DNA of 64,000 nt from Acidobacteriota bacterium (GTDB lineage Bacteria > Acidobacteriota > Polarisedimenticolia > JAPUKU01): contig JAPUKU010000045.1 in assembly GCA_027295505.1 (NCBI GenBank), forward strand, positions 20,586 through 84,585. Reading direction: 5' to 3'. A program made the translations under genes and the position numbers. Every line of letters starts with the position of its first letter. The stretch's first letter is position 1. This document shows positions 56,754 through 64,000 of this stretch, in pieces. The notes under the pieces were generated by a model. It ran no database searches. It saw only the letters and a list, made by a program, of their open reading frames with translations, and was not told the DNA's origin.

Positions 56754-57683
56754 TCAGCGGCGGGTGAGGTTGTAGGCTGCCAGCTGCGCCTGGAAGCGCA
56801 CGCTCTGCTTCGGGTCGGTGCCGGCGATCTGCTCCAAGGCGGGAAGAATGTCTGTCTTACCCCTTGCCTCCAGAGTGCGCACCGCTTCCTTCCTCACCGC
56901 CGTGTCCTCGTCTTCACGTGCCCGGGTGAGAAGATGCGTGAGAAGGTGATCCTCGTTGTTGAGCTGTGCCTGCCACAGATCCCTGTCCTCGTACATCTGC
57001 GCCAGCAGCATGAGCGCCCCACGTCGGAAGTCCGGCACCGCATGATCCAGGATCGGTAGCACCGCACGGATCTGTTCCGGTCTACCCAGCCTCAGCCGCA
57101 CCATCTGCTGCAGACCGGCCTCCAGCACAAGTGGATTGGGATCAGAGAGAAAAGACTGCAGGTCCTCGTACATTTTTTCGATGTCGGCCTGCTCCTGTAC
57201 GTGCACAAAGCGGCGGGTCGCCTCCAGGAGGGCGTTGGCGCCTTCGGGAGGCAGCGTCACCTTGCCTTGGTGCCCGTAGACGAGCGAAAAGCGATCCGGG
57301 CGCGGGTTCTCACCGCGGATGTCCTCGAACGGCTTCATGAACAGCAGTACCCGTTCTCCGTTACTGAACTCGACCTTTTCTTCCCAGATTCTCCGTGTGA
57401 AGTTGTCGAGCCTGAAAACGATCCATAGTCGCGGCTCATCGTAGAACCCTTTCAGGACCTCCTCGATCTCGATCTCCGCAAGGCGAAGGTCGCCGCGGAT
57501 CACTTTCCCTCGCACCACGAGCGTGCTCATGGCCGGCTTTTCAAAAAGGCTGAGATGGATGAGGTCGGCCCATGCCGGGCACAGCCCCGCGAGCCAGCCG
57601 ATCGCCAGAACGAGGAGGAATCCCCGTTCGAATCCGGCGCGGTGGGGGCGGGTCGGAGAGATCCTGCACGGTCGTTCACGCAT
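56754..57683 (-). CDS. secreted HEAT/PBS-lyase-repeat protein
   Basis: Signal peptide (FLLVLAIGWLAGLCPAWA) and C-terminal HEAT-like repeats (NPLVLEAGLQQMVRL.., VLPILDHAVPDFRRGALMLLAQM.., DTAVRKEAVRTLEARGKTDILPALEQIA..). Confidence 0.6.
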   Translation of the reverse strand: MRERPCRISPTRPHRAGFERGFLLVLAIGWLAGLCPAWADLIHLSLFEKPAMSTLVVRGKVIRGDLRLAEIEIEEVLKGFYDEPRLWIVFRLDNFTRRIWEEKVEFSNGERVLLFMKPFEDIRGENPRPDRFSLVYGHQGKVTLPPEGANALLEATRRFVHVQEQADIEKMYEDLQSFLSDPNPLVLEAGLQQMVRLRLGRPEQIRAVLPILDHAVPDFRRGALMLLAQMYEDRDLWQAQLNNEDHLLTHLLTRAREDEDTAVRKEAVRTLEARGKTDILPALEQIAGTDPKQSVRFQAQLAAYNLTRR

Positions 57684-57755
57684 CTGGGTCTTCTCGAATT
57701 ATAGGGCCTGGACGCGCCGCGACAATCGACCGGACAGCTTCACCTGAAAATCCAG

Positions 57756-57878
57756 GGCTTACAATCTATTTTATTCGTATAGTTGACAATTATATATTGA
57801 ATATACATATTGTAGGATATCGAGACAAAAATATATGTAATGAATATGTATTATAAGAAAAATAGATATTCAATAATG
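57756..57878. promoter_or_regulatory. AT-rich island (GC far below the local background of about 66%) with a perfect -35 TTGACA (57783-57788) and an inverted pair of TGAATAT(A/G)(C/T)AT motifs
   Basis: Seen directly: ..tattcgtatagTTGACAattatatattgaatatacatattgtaggatatcgagacaaaaatatatgtaatgaatatgtattataagaaaaatagatattcaataATG.. The motif at 57798-57811 is approximately the reverse complement of the one at 57841-57854. Confidence 0.45.
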
Positions 57879-58304
57879 CTGATTCCGACTGCCCTCCTGC
57901 TGGCCGGCGCCACGTCCAGCCTTCCCAGGGCGGCATCCCTGCCTCCCGATCCTCAAAGGGAGTTCACTCCGCACCTGAAAATCTTCGCTGACCGGTACGT
58001 CGCGCTCGCTCCGGCCCGGGTGCGAGTCTACGCACAGCTTGGTGGGGTCGATGATGACGACGTGCGTTTCTGTCATGCGGGAGAGACCTGGATCACCGGT
58101 AAGGTGGAAGGCACCAGCACGCTGAACTCGATCTCCAAGCACGATCCTCGCTGTGTTCACGATCCCAAGAAACTGTCCGTCAGCCGCTCGTTCACCAAGG
58201 ACTACGAGTTCTCACGACCCGGCTCCTATGTCTGCCGCCTGGTGGTGCACTCCAACGACGGGCGCATTGTCCAGTCGAACATGATTGTCATCAACGTTCG
58301 CTGA
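57876..58304 (+). CDS. small secreted two-cysteine protein (paralogue 2)
   Basis: Signal peptide MLIPTALLLAGATSS.. The ORF track starts at 57840 inside the AT-rich island, and I prefer the ATG at 57876. Homologous to the 56241-56705 product (FCHAGETWITGKVEG...HDPRCVHDPKK...KDYEFSRPGSYVCRLVVHSNDGRIVQSNMIVINV). Confidence 0.5.
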   Translation: MLIPTALLLAGATSSLPRAASLPPDPQREFTPHLKIFADRYVALAPARVRVYAQLGGVDDDDVRFCHAGETWITGKVEGTSTLNSISKHDPRCVHDPKKLSVSRSFTKDYEFSRPGSYVCRLVVHSNDGRIVQSNMIVINVR

Positions 58305-58311
58305 GCGCCGT

Positions 58312-60030
58312 TCAGCGGAACAGACCCTTCAGCTTCTCCAGGAGTTTTTCCTTGCCTTTCTCCTCGGCCGCTCGCTTGAGCCCTTTTCGAAATTGGGCCT
58401 GATCAATCTGCACGCTGGGGCCTGCGAGCGGCCCGTGCAGGCGGAAGCGAATCTCCAGGCGCTCGTCCTCACCGACCAGATAGCGCAGGGAACTGGTCTC
58501 GGCCACCATCTCACGGCTCACCTCGGGTGAGAAGCGGCCCACCACGTCGAAGTCGAGCGTGGCATCCAGCCCGAAGGTGCCCTCGCCATCCAGATCCAAA
58601 TCCTGTGATCGCACGGTGAGGTTCCGAGTGTGCGCCTTTCCGCTGCGGATGTCGAAATCACCCCGGATCGAGTCATACGGGGTGGTTTCCTTGCCGATTC
58701 CCCTGCCCCCCGCAACTTCCAGGAGCTTGGCAACCTGGCGCAGGATACTCACGCTCATCAGCTCGCCGTCACGCAGGTCCAGGCTCAGGCCGCCGCGCAG
58801 GTTGCGCGACAGGTCCAGCTGTGTGAGCCCCTGGCCCTCGAGCTTCATCTCACCCGAGAATCGACCCGTCAGGAGGCCCTCGAGATCGGCGCTCAGGGCC
58901 GGCAGGGCGCCCGCCAGATCGATCCGGCTGGCGCGTGCCTGAAGGCTGAAGGGCATGGGGTCGACGAAGGGATTGAGCGAACCGGTGCCGTTGAGCTCGC
59001 CGCCGTACAGGCTCGTGGACAGCTTCTCCAGCTGCAATGCCCCGCCCTCGAGCGAGAACTCCATGGCAACATGGAAAGTTTCAGCTAGCATCCGGAAGCG
59101 CGGCCCCTCTCCCAGCTTCACCTTCAGATCTGAGAGGTCCAGGCTGCCGTTTGCAACAACACCGTCGAGCAGACCCGGCACCGCCCCGCTCCCCTCCTGC
59201 GCGCCGAAAGTGTGGAATTCGATGCTGCCGCGCGCCACACCAGAGTGCACGGCCTCGGGCACCTGCACTCCGGCGACCAGGAGCAGCGGGCGCAGTGTCT
59301 CCACGTCGACATCCAGAACCTCTGCCAGGACGTGAGTGCGGGCGCCGCCGTCGAGTGGAACCTCGCCGCTGAGTTTCACCTTCTCATCGTCCGTGCCGCC
59401 GAGCGCCACGCCGATTTCGAAGCGCCACGCCGCACCCACCCCCCGGCGCTCCAACGTCACCCGCGCGGGCCCCAGAGTCACTCCCTCACGTAACCCGGCC
59501 GGCCCCTCGGGATCAATGAAGACCACGCGCACGTCGCGCAGATCGATTCGATCGACAGGAAGATCCGCAGCGGCAGTCTGATCGGAATCGGCCCGCGTCT
59601 GCTTCACCCGGGGTGTTGCCTGACCTGGGAGCGAAGCCCCGCTCACACCGGGTATCCCCCATCCGCGGCTCTGTGGAAGACGCTGCAGGCGCAGGACCAC
59701 TCCCTTCACATTCACGCGGCCAAGGCGCACCTCCCCGCGCACCAGTGGCCACAGGCGCAGGCCGACGCCAAACTCCTCGACGGTCAGGTCAGGAGCGTTC
59801 TCCCGGCCTCCCACGCGCACGCCGCCACCCTGCAAGCGCAAGCCAAGTCCCGGTTTGAGCCGCAGGTGATCGATCTTTACCGGGAGTCCGATGGCTGCCG
59901 ACGCCTGCTCCTCCAGCAGCGGCAGGAACCGATCGCTTGATATAAGAAAGGGAAGGGCCAGAAAAACAAGAAGCAGCAGCGCGGCCGCAGCCGCCACGAC
60001 CAGGAGCGCGATGCGTGGTTTGCGACCCAT
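58312..60030 (-). CDS. AsmA-family protein
   Basis: N-terminal TM anchor (RIALLVVAAAAALLLLVFLALPFLI), then a long beta-rich periplasmic region of about 550 aa with the AsmA-like N-terminal pattern (..GLPVKIDHLRLKPGLGLRLQGGGVRV..). Confidence 0.65.
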   Translation of the reverse strand: MGRKPRIALLVVAAAAALLLLVFLALPFLISSDRFLPLLEEQASAAIGLPVKIDHLRLKPGLGLRLQGGGVRVGGRENAPDLTVEEFGVGLRLWPLVRGEVRLGRVNVKGVVLRLQRLPQSRGWGIPGVSGASLPGQATPRVKQTRADSDQTAAADLPVDRIDLRDVRVVFIDPEGPAGLREGVTLGPARVTLERRGVGAAWRFEIGVALGGTDDEKVKLSGEVPLDGGARTHVLAEVLDVDVETLRPLLLVAGVQVPEAVHSGVARGSIEFHTFGAQEGSGAVPGLLDGVVANGSLDLSDLKVKLGEGPRFRMLAETFHVAMEFSLEGGALQLEKLSTSLYGGELNGTGSLNPFVDPMPFSLQARASRIDLAGALPALSADLEGLLTGRFSGEMKLEGQGLTQLDLSRNLRGGLSLDLRDGELMSVSILRQVAKLLEVAGGRGIGKETTPYDSIRGDFDIRSGKAHTRNLTVRSQDLDLDGEGTFGLDATLDFDVVGRFSPEVSREMVAETSSLRYLVGEDERLEIRFRLHGPLAGPSVQIDQAQFRKGLKRAAEEKGKEKLLEKLKGLFR

Positions 60031-60039
60031 GGACCGCCT

Positions 60040-61071
60040 TCAGGAGCGCGGTAGTTCCGCCTCTTTGTGCTCGGGCACGGGCGCGCTGGCCTCTTCCTCC
60101 GACAGGTCGAGATGGACTGTTCCGACCTGCAGTCGTTCGAGGAACATGCGGGCCAGCCGGCGGCCCCGGAAGAAGCGCATGCGGGGAGGTAGCCGGCGGC
60201 GCATCAAGAGCTTGTGGATTTTCGGCAGAGCCGCCGTGGCGGCGCGCTCGCCCGCCGCGATCGCTTCATCCAGCGCGGAGAAGTCAGCCCAGTGGATGTG
60301 GCCAACATCCGGCTCGATCAGCACGTCCGCGAAGGAGCACTGAATGCGCTTCAAGGCCTCGGTCTTGATGGCGTTGGCGCGAACCATGATGTCGAAACCC
60401 TTGCGCAGGGCGCGCGTGTCATCGATCTCCTTCGAGATGTCGACTCCGATGGTGATGTCAGCCCCGAGCTGGTATGCCGGAAGGATCGGAATCTTGTGCA
60501 CACATCCGCCGTCGATCAGACGCCGGCCGGCGATGTCGATCGGCGGCAGCAACCCTGGAATGGCGCAGGACGCTGCCACCGCGCGCCGCAGCGGCCCGGA
60601 TGTGAAAATGACCTCCTCGGCGCGGTCGATGTCGACGGCGAGGACCGCGAACGGCAAGGGCAAATCCTCGATGCGGATATCGTCCAGCAAGGAATTGATG
60701 TTGTGGGCGAAGTGCTCTGCGGAGATGAACGATGTCTTGGCCACCGACAGGCTGTAGAAGATACCCTTGCGGACCAGGTTGGAAAAGCTGTACAAGATGC
60801 CCGGCTTCGTGCGCCGGCTCTCCGTGAGAAAATCGAACTCGTTGCGCTTGAACTCCTTGCTGTCGACGAAACTCCGGAAGCGGCTCTCCATGGCGGTGCA
60901 GTCCCGCATCGAGGCGTAGACACCCCCGATCAGAGCGCCGACGCTGGTGCCGGTTATGATGTCGACTGGAATCTTTTCGCGCTGCAGAACTTTCAGCACG
61001 CCAAGATGAGCCAGACCACGGGCCGCTCCACCTCCAAGGGCGAGCCCTACCTTAACGTCACGAAAAATCAT
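60040..61071 (-). CDS. patatin-like phospholipase
   Basis: Oxyanion hole GGGAARG, nucleophile elbow GTSVGA, and a catalytic DGG (LIDGGCV). Confidence 0.85.
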   Translation of the reverse strand: MIFRDVKVGLALGGGAARGLAHLGVLKVLQREKIPVDIITGTSVGALIGGVYASMRDCTAMESRFRSFVDSKEFKRNEFDFLTESRRTKPGILYSFSNLVRKGIFYSLSVAKTSFISAEHFAHNINSLLDDIRIEDLPLPFAVLAVDIDRAEEVIFTSGPLRRAVAASCAIPGLLPPIDIAGRRLIDGGCVHKIPILPAYQLGADITIGVDISKEIDDTRALRKGFDIMVRANAIKTEALKRIQCSFADVLIEPDVGHIHWADFSALDEAIAAGERAATAALPKIHKLLMRRRLPPRMRFFRGRRLARMFLERLQVGTVHLDLSEEEASAPVPEHKEAELPRS

Positions 61072-61075
61072 CGTC

Positions 61076-61729
61076 TCACTGCCAGTCTATCTCTATCGAG
61101 CGGGCCGTTTCCGGAATCGCCTCGAAGTCACGCACCAGCCAGCCGGTCGGGTGCAAGGGATCATTCGTCTTCTCAAGCCGGCACACGATCTCCACGGTGG
61201 CGAGCACCTCTAGCTTACGCGGACCGTCCCCCCGCACCGGCGCCTGCAGCCGCCCGAGGGGCATCCCCATCAGATAAAGGCGGGTCTGCGGCGGAAAAGC
61301 CTCGAAGGAAACCGCATGATACCCGAGCTGGGCCTCGATCCGCGCCCGCGCATGTTCGTTTTCCTCCACGACCTCACGGACCTGATAGTAGCCTCCCCGT
61401 CCCAGACCCAGGGCCCGGATGAGCCCAAAACCGTCCGGGGTCAGCTCAATGGTGCCGGTCTTCTTGGCCTGCTCGAACCCTTCCCAGCGCTCATCGAGCC
61501 AGCCCGAGAAGCGCTCGAAAACCTGCTGCGCCGCAGGGCCTTCGAGGCCGCGCACCTCATCGTGGTAAGCGGCGCTCAGGCGCGCCACGGTGGCGCGATC
61601 CCCGGCCTGCAGCGCGTTCAGGTATTGCTCGATCGTGCGTCCAACTTCCAACTCCGTGGCCGAGCAGGCAAGGTGAAGGGTGGCGACCGCGAGCACACAG
61701 GCTCTGCCTGCGGGCCGCGCCGATATCAT
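61076..61729 (-). CDS. hypothetical exported protein
   Basis: Signal peptide, 217 aa, no recognisable motif; its start overlaps the stop of the downstream lipoprotein gene by 4 nt. Confidence 0.45.
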   Translation of the reverse strand: MISARPAGRACVLAVATLHLACSATELEVGRTIEQYLNALQAGDRATVARLSAAYHDEVRGLEGPAAQQVFERFSGWLDERWEGFEQAKKTGTIELTPDGFGLIRALGLGRGGYYQVREVVEENEHARARIEAQLGYHAVSFEAFPPQTRLYLMGMPLGRLQAPVRGDGPRKLEVLATVEIVCRLEKTNDPLHPTGWLVRDFEAIPETARSIEIDWQ

Positions 61730-62139
61730 AGGCCGGGAAAGGCTCCCCGGATTCCCGATTCGCGCTTCAGATCGTCCTCGGTCTCCGGCACACCATCAGG
61801 TCCGTCGCTCGAGAGAACGAAATGATCCGCGCTCGAGGTCAGCCGCCATTCCTGCCTCCAGCTGTCCCTCTGCGGCACCCGGCTCATGTAGGTCGGCGTC
61901 ACCAGGTCTTCGATCTCCTGCACCGATGAGGCCTCGGGATAGCCTCCGTGATCGATGGCGTAGCGCTCCAGCGCCGAGCCGATGAGCTCGAGGTTCTGGC
62001 GTGTCTCCTGCCCCTCCGCCGCGCGGGCGCCCCGCACCAGGTGATCCGTATACGTCTTTTCCTCGCCAGCACAGCCCCCGACGAAGACCGCGGCCAGGAC
62101 ACAGAGCAGCAGAGCGGATGGGTGAAACGCGCGTTTCAT
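61726..62139 (-). CDS. lipoprotein with a pseudopilin (GspG)-like core
   Basis: Lipobox FVGGC. The core NLELIGSALERYAIDHGGYPE ... RDSWRQEW resembles the GspG/pseudopilin motifs (Q.I..AL..Y..D.G.YP ... DPWG..Y), but it carries a lipoprotein signal instead of a prepilin signal. Confidence 0.45.
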   Translation of the reverse strand: MKRAFHPSALLLCVLAAVFVGGCAGEEKTYTDHLVRGARAAEGQETRQNLELIGSALERYAIDHGGYPEASSVQEIEDLVTPTYMSRVPQRDSWRQEWRLTSSADHFVLSSDGPDGVPETEDDLKRESGIRGAFPGL

Positions 62140-62327
62140 GAAAGATCACAGGAACAAACTGTCATGCCGGCGGGCCACAGCCCGTGACAGCATCCAGGAG
62201 CGCATTCTAAGGCTCCCCATCAGAAACAGTCAATCATGACCCAATCGGTCCCATCACCCTCCGGGTGCGCTTGACGCGGCTTGCGGCCGCGAGATAGTTT
62301 GGGGCATTCACCTGAGAGGACTGCCGT

Positions 62328-63005
62328 GTGCCCCTCGCCCTGAAGCATCGCTGGAACCTGTCGTTCGAGCAGGCCGCGCGCCTGCAGGTGCGGTTGCGGA
62401 GCCGGGTCCGCCTGAGCCCACCCCGGGGGGCCATTCGCAGGGTGGCCGGAGCCGATGTCGCCTACGATTCCTCGGGCGACACACTGGTGGCGGCGGTGCT
62501 GACCTACCGGCTTCCAGGCATGGAGCTCGAGGAGGTGGTGACTGCCCGTGACCGCGTACGCTTCCCCTACGTTCCCGGATTCCTGTCGTTCCGGGAGGTA
62601 CCTGCGATCGTGCGCGCCGCACGCCGCCTTCGAGCGAAACCGGACCTGCTACTGTGCGATGGACAGGGCCTGGCGCACCCTCGGCGCTTCGGCCTGGCTT
62701 GCCATCTCGGGCTGCTGCTCGACGTGCCGAGCATCGGCGTGGCGAAGTCAATCCTGGTCGGCCGCTGCCGCGAGCCCGGCTTCCGGCGCGGTAATCGCTC
62801 GCGCATCGTGCATCAGGACGAGGTGGTGGGGTGGGCGATACGGACACGCTCCGGAGTGCGGCCCGTGTATGTCTCGCCCGGACACCGCTGTAACCTGCCG
62901 TGGGCTGCCCGCAAGGTTCTCAGCTGCTGCAGAGGGTTCCGCCTCCCGGAGCCGGTGAGACAGGCCCACCTCGAGGTGACGCGGCTGCGTCACCGTGCGG
63001 AATGA
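62328..63005 (+). CDS. nfi: endonuclease V
   Basis: GADVAY, PYVPGFLSFRE, CDGQGLAHPRRFGLACHLG, PSIGVAKS: all EndoV landmarks. Confidence 0.9.
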   Translation: MPLALKHRWNLSFEQAARLQVRLRSRVRLSPPRGAIRRVAGADVAYDSSGDTLVAAVLTYRLPGMELEEVVTARDRVRFPYVPGFLSFREVPAIVRAARRLRAKPDLLLCDGQGLAHPRRFGLACHLGLLLDVPSIGVAKSILVGRCREPGFRRGNRSRIVHQDEVVGWAIRTRSGVRPVYVSPGHRCNLPWAARKVLSCCRGFRLPEPVRQAHLEVTRLRHRAE

Positions 63006-63029
63006 GGAAAATCTGTCGAGGCAGGGACA

Positions 63030-63788
63030 ATGACCACCGCATCGAGAGGCTGGACCCGGGCGGTGTGGCTCGCGTCCGCCTTCCTGCTGGGGTTCACTTT
63101 CTGGATGATGCAAGACGACGCTGGGCAACAGAGTCGCGGTAACGACGATTCCTGGTCCGCCGAACGGCGGCGCATGGTACGTACCCAGATCGAGGCCCGG
63201 GGCGTTCACGACACCGCCGTGCTGCGCGCCATGCTCGAGGTGCCCCGCCACCTTTTCGTCCCTGAGAATCTGCACTCTCAGGCCTACGCCGATGGACCCC
63301 TTCCGGTCGGACATGGCCAGACGATTTCCCAGCCTTACATCGTTGCCCTGATGACCGAAGCGCTCGATCTCAGAGAGCAGGATCGAGTCCTCGAGGTCGG
63401 CACCGGCTCTGGTTATCAGGCGGCGGTTCTGGCGGAAATCGTTCGCGAGGTTTTCACCATCGAGATCATCGAGCCGCTCGGACGCCAGGCGGAGAAGCAT
63501 TTACACGCTTTGGGGTACTCGAACGTCCGTGTTAGGATAGGGGACGGTTATCAAGGTTGGCCCGAGCAAGCCCCCTTCGACGCCATCCTCGTCACCGCTG
63601 CCCCGGACCACGTCCCCCAGCCTCTCGTGGAACAGCTCAAGGTCGGCGGCCGCTTGATCATCCCGGTTGGCAGGCAAGAGCAAGAGCTGGTTCTCCTGCA
63701 TCGCAGGGAAGACGGCATCGCGCGCCGTGTGCTCACGCCCGTTCGCTTCGTGCCCATGACCGGAGAAGCGGAAGAAGCCATGCGCTGA
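63030..63788 (+). CDS. pcm: protein-L-isoaspartate O-methyltransferase with an N-terminal signal/TM extension
   Basis: PCMT motifs ([38 protein letters not shown]) preceded by about 45 aa that include a hydrophobic segment [17 protein letters not shown]. Confidence 0.85.
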   Translation: MTTASRGWTRAVWLASAFLLGFTFWMMQDDAGQQSRGNDDSWSAERRRMVRTQIEARGVHDTAVLRAMLEVPRHLFVPENLHSQAYADGPLPVGHGQTISQPYIVALMTEALDLREQDRVLEVGTGSGYQAAVLAEIVREVFTIEIIEPLGRQAEKHLHALGYSNVRVRIGDGYQGWPEQAPFDAILVTAAPDHVPQPLVEQLKVGGRLIIPVGRQEQELVLLHRREDGIARRVLTPVRFVPMTGEAEEAMR

Positions 63789-63826
63789 GGCGGGTGCGCG
63801 CCAGCAAACGGCAACAGGATCCTGGA

Positions 63827-64000
63827 ATGTCCAAAGTCATCACCCCGAGAGCGAAAGACTACTCGCGCTGGTATACCGACCTGGTAATTCAGGCGCAGCT
63901 CGCTGATTACGCGCCCGTGAAGGGTTGCATGGTGATTCGCCCGCACGGCTACGCTCTGTGGGAGAACATCCAGCGAACTCTCGACGCCATGTTCAAGGAG
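63827..64000 (+). CDS. proS: proline--tRNA ligase, archaeal/eukaryotic-like type (5' partial; continues beyond the window)
   Basis: [49 protein letters not shown] is the characteristic N-terminus of type-II-like ProRS. There is no stop in the window. Confidence 0.8.
   Translation, partial: MSKVITPRAKDYSRWYTDLVIQAQLADYAPVKGCMVIRPHGYALWENIQRTLDAMFKE

Noticed and set aside
57626-57635. GTTCGAATCC (a tRNA T-loop-like decamer) on the plus strand
   Set aside because: Lies inside the HEAT-repeat CDS, with no flanking acceptor or T-stem complementarity and no D-loop or anticodon arm. A chance match.

Overview
This 64-kb window is a gene-dense chromosomal segment from a high-GC (about 65-68%) diderm (Gram-negative-type) bacterium. 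It carries roughly 60 protein-coding genes and I could assign no taxon. I recognised no rRNA, tRNA, CRISPR array, transposase or integrase, and no tRNA search could be run.

The dominant structure is a roughly 16-kb co-directional minus-strand cell-envelope biogenesis supercluster (3050-18988): psd, pssA, an Asd-like pseudoenzyme, an unknown coiled-coil protein, lolE-lolD, clpC, bamA-skp-lpxD-fabZ-lpxA, a Gfo/Idh/MocA oxidoreductase, ampD and a TonB-like gene. lpxC, bamD and asmA lie elsewhere in the window.

Other conserved modules:
- rimI-tsaB
- hslV-hslU followed by an FN3 lipoprotein and dapF
- def-fmt-rsmB
- rpe
- ntrX-ntrY with a DUF4390 gene
- nfi-pcm and the 5' end of proS

Unusual content, ranked roughly by interest:
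- Immediately downstream of the classic prkA-yeaH-spoVR stress triad is an undescribed-looking fusion gene: a ParA/MinD-type ATPase with a degenerate J-like segment and a RodZ-type HTH.
- A FecR-domain protein with a W/Y/G-rich repeat and a roughly 230-aa Arg/Ser/Lys-rich tail has no cognate ECF sigma factor. It sits behind a sigma54-like promoter and is translationally coupled to a small secreted two-Cys protein.
- A paralogue of that small protein lies 1.1 kb away, across a convergent HEAT-repeat gene, behind a strongly AT-rich promoter island (57756-57878, perfect TTGACA).
- c-di-GMP genes include an internally duplicated (HPt-REC-GGDEF)x2 protein and a GGDEF-PilZ fusion.
- An Asd-family pseudoenzyme lacks both the catalytic Cys and the NADP motif.
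- lpxA has no canonical start codon before its conserved N-terminus, and hslV (CodW-like) has no start codon adjacent to the catalytic Thr.
- A 16-bp-arm near-perfect palindrome lies in the divergent intergenic region between lpxC and the 42141 hypothetical gene.
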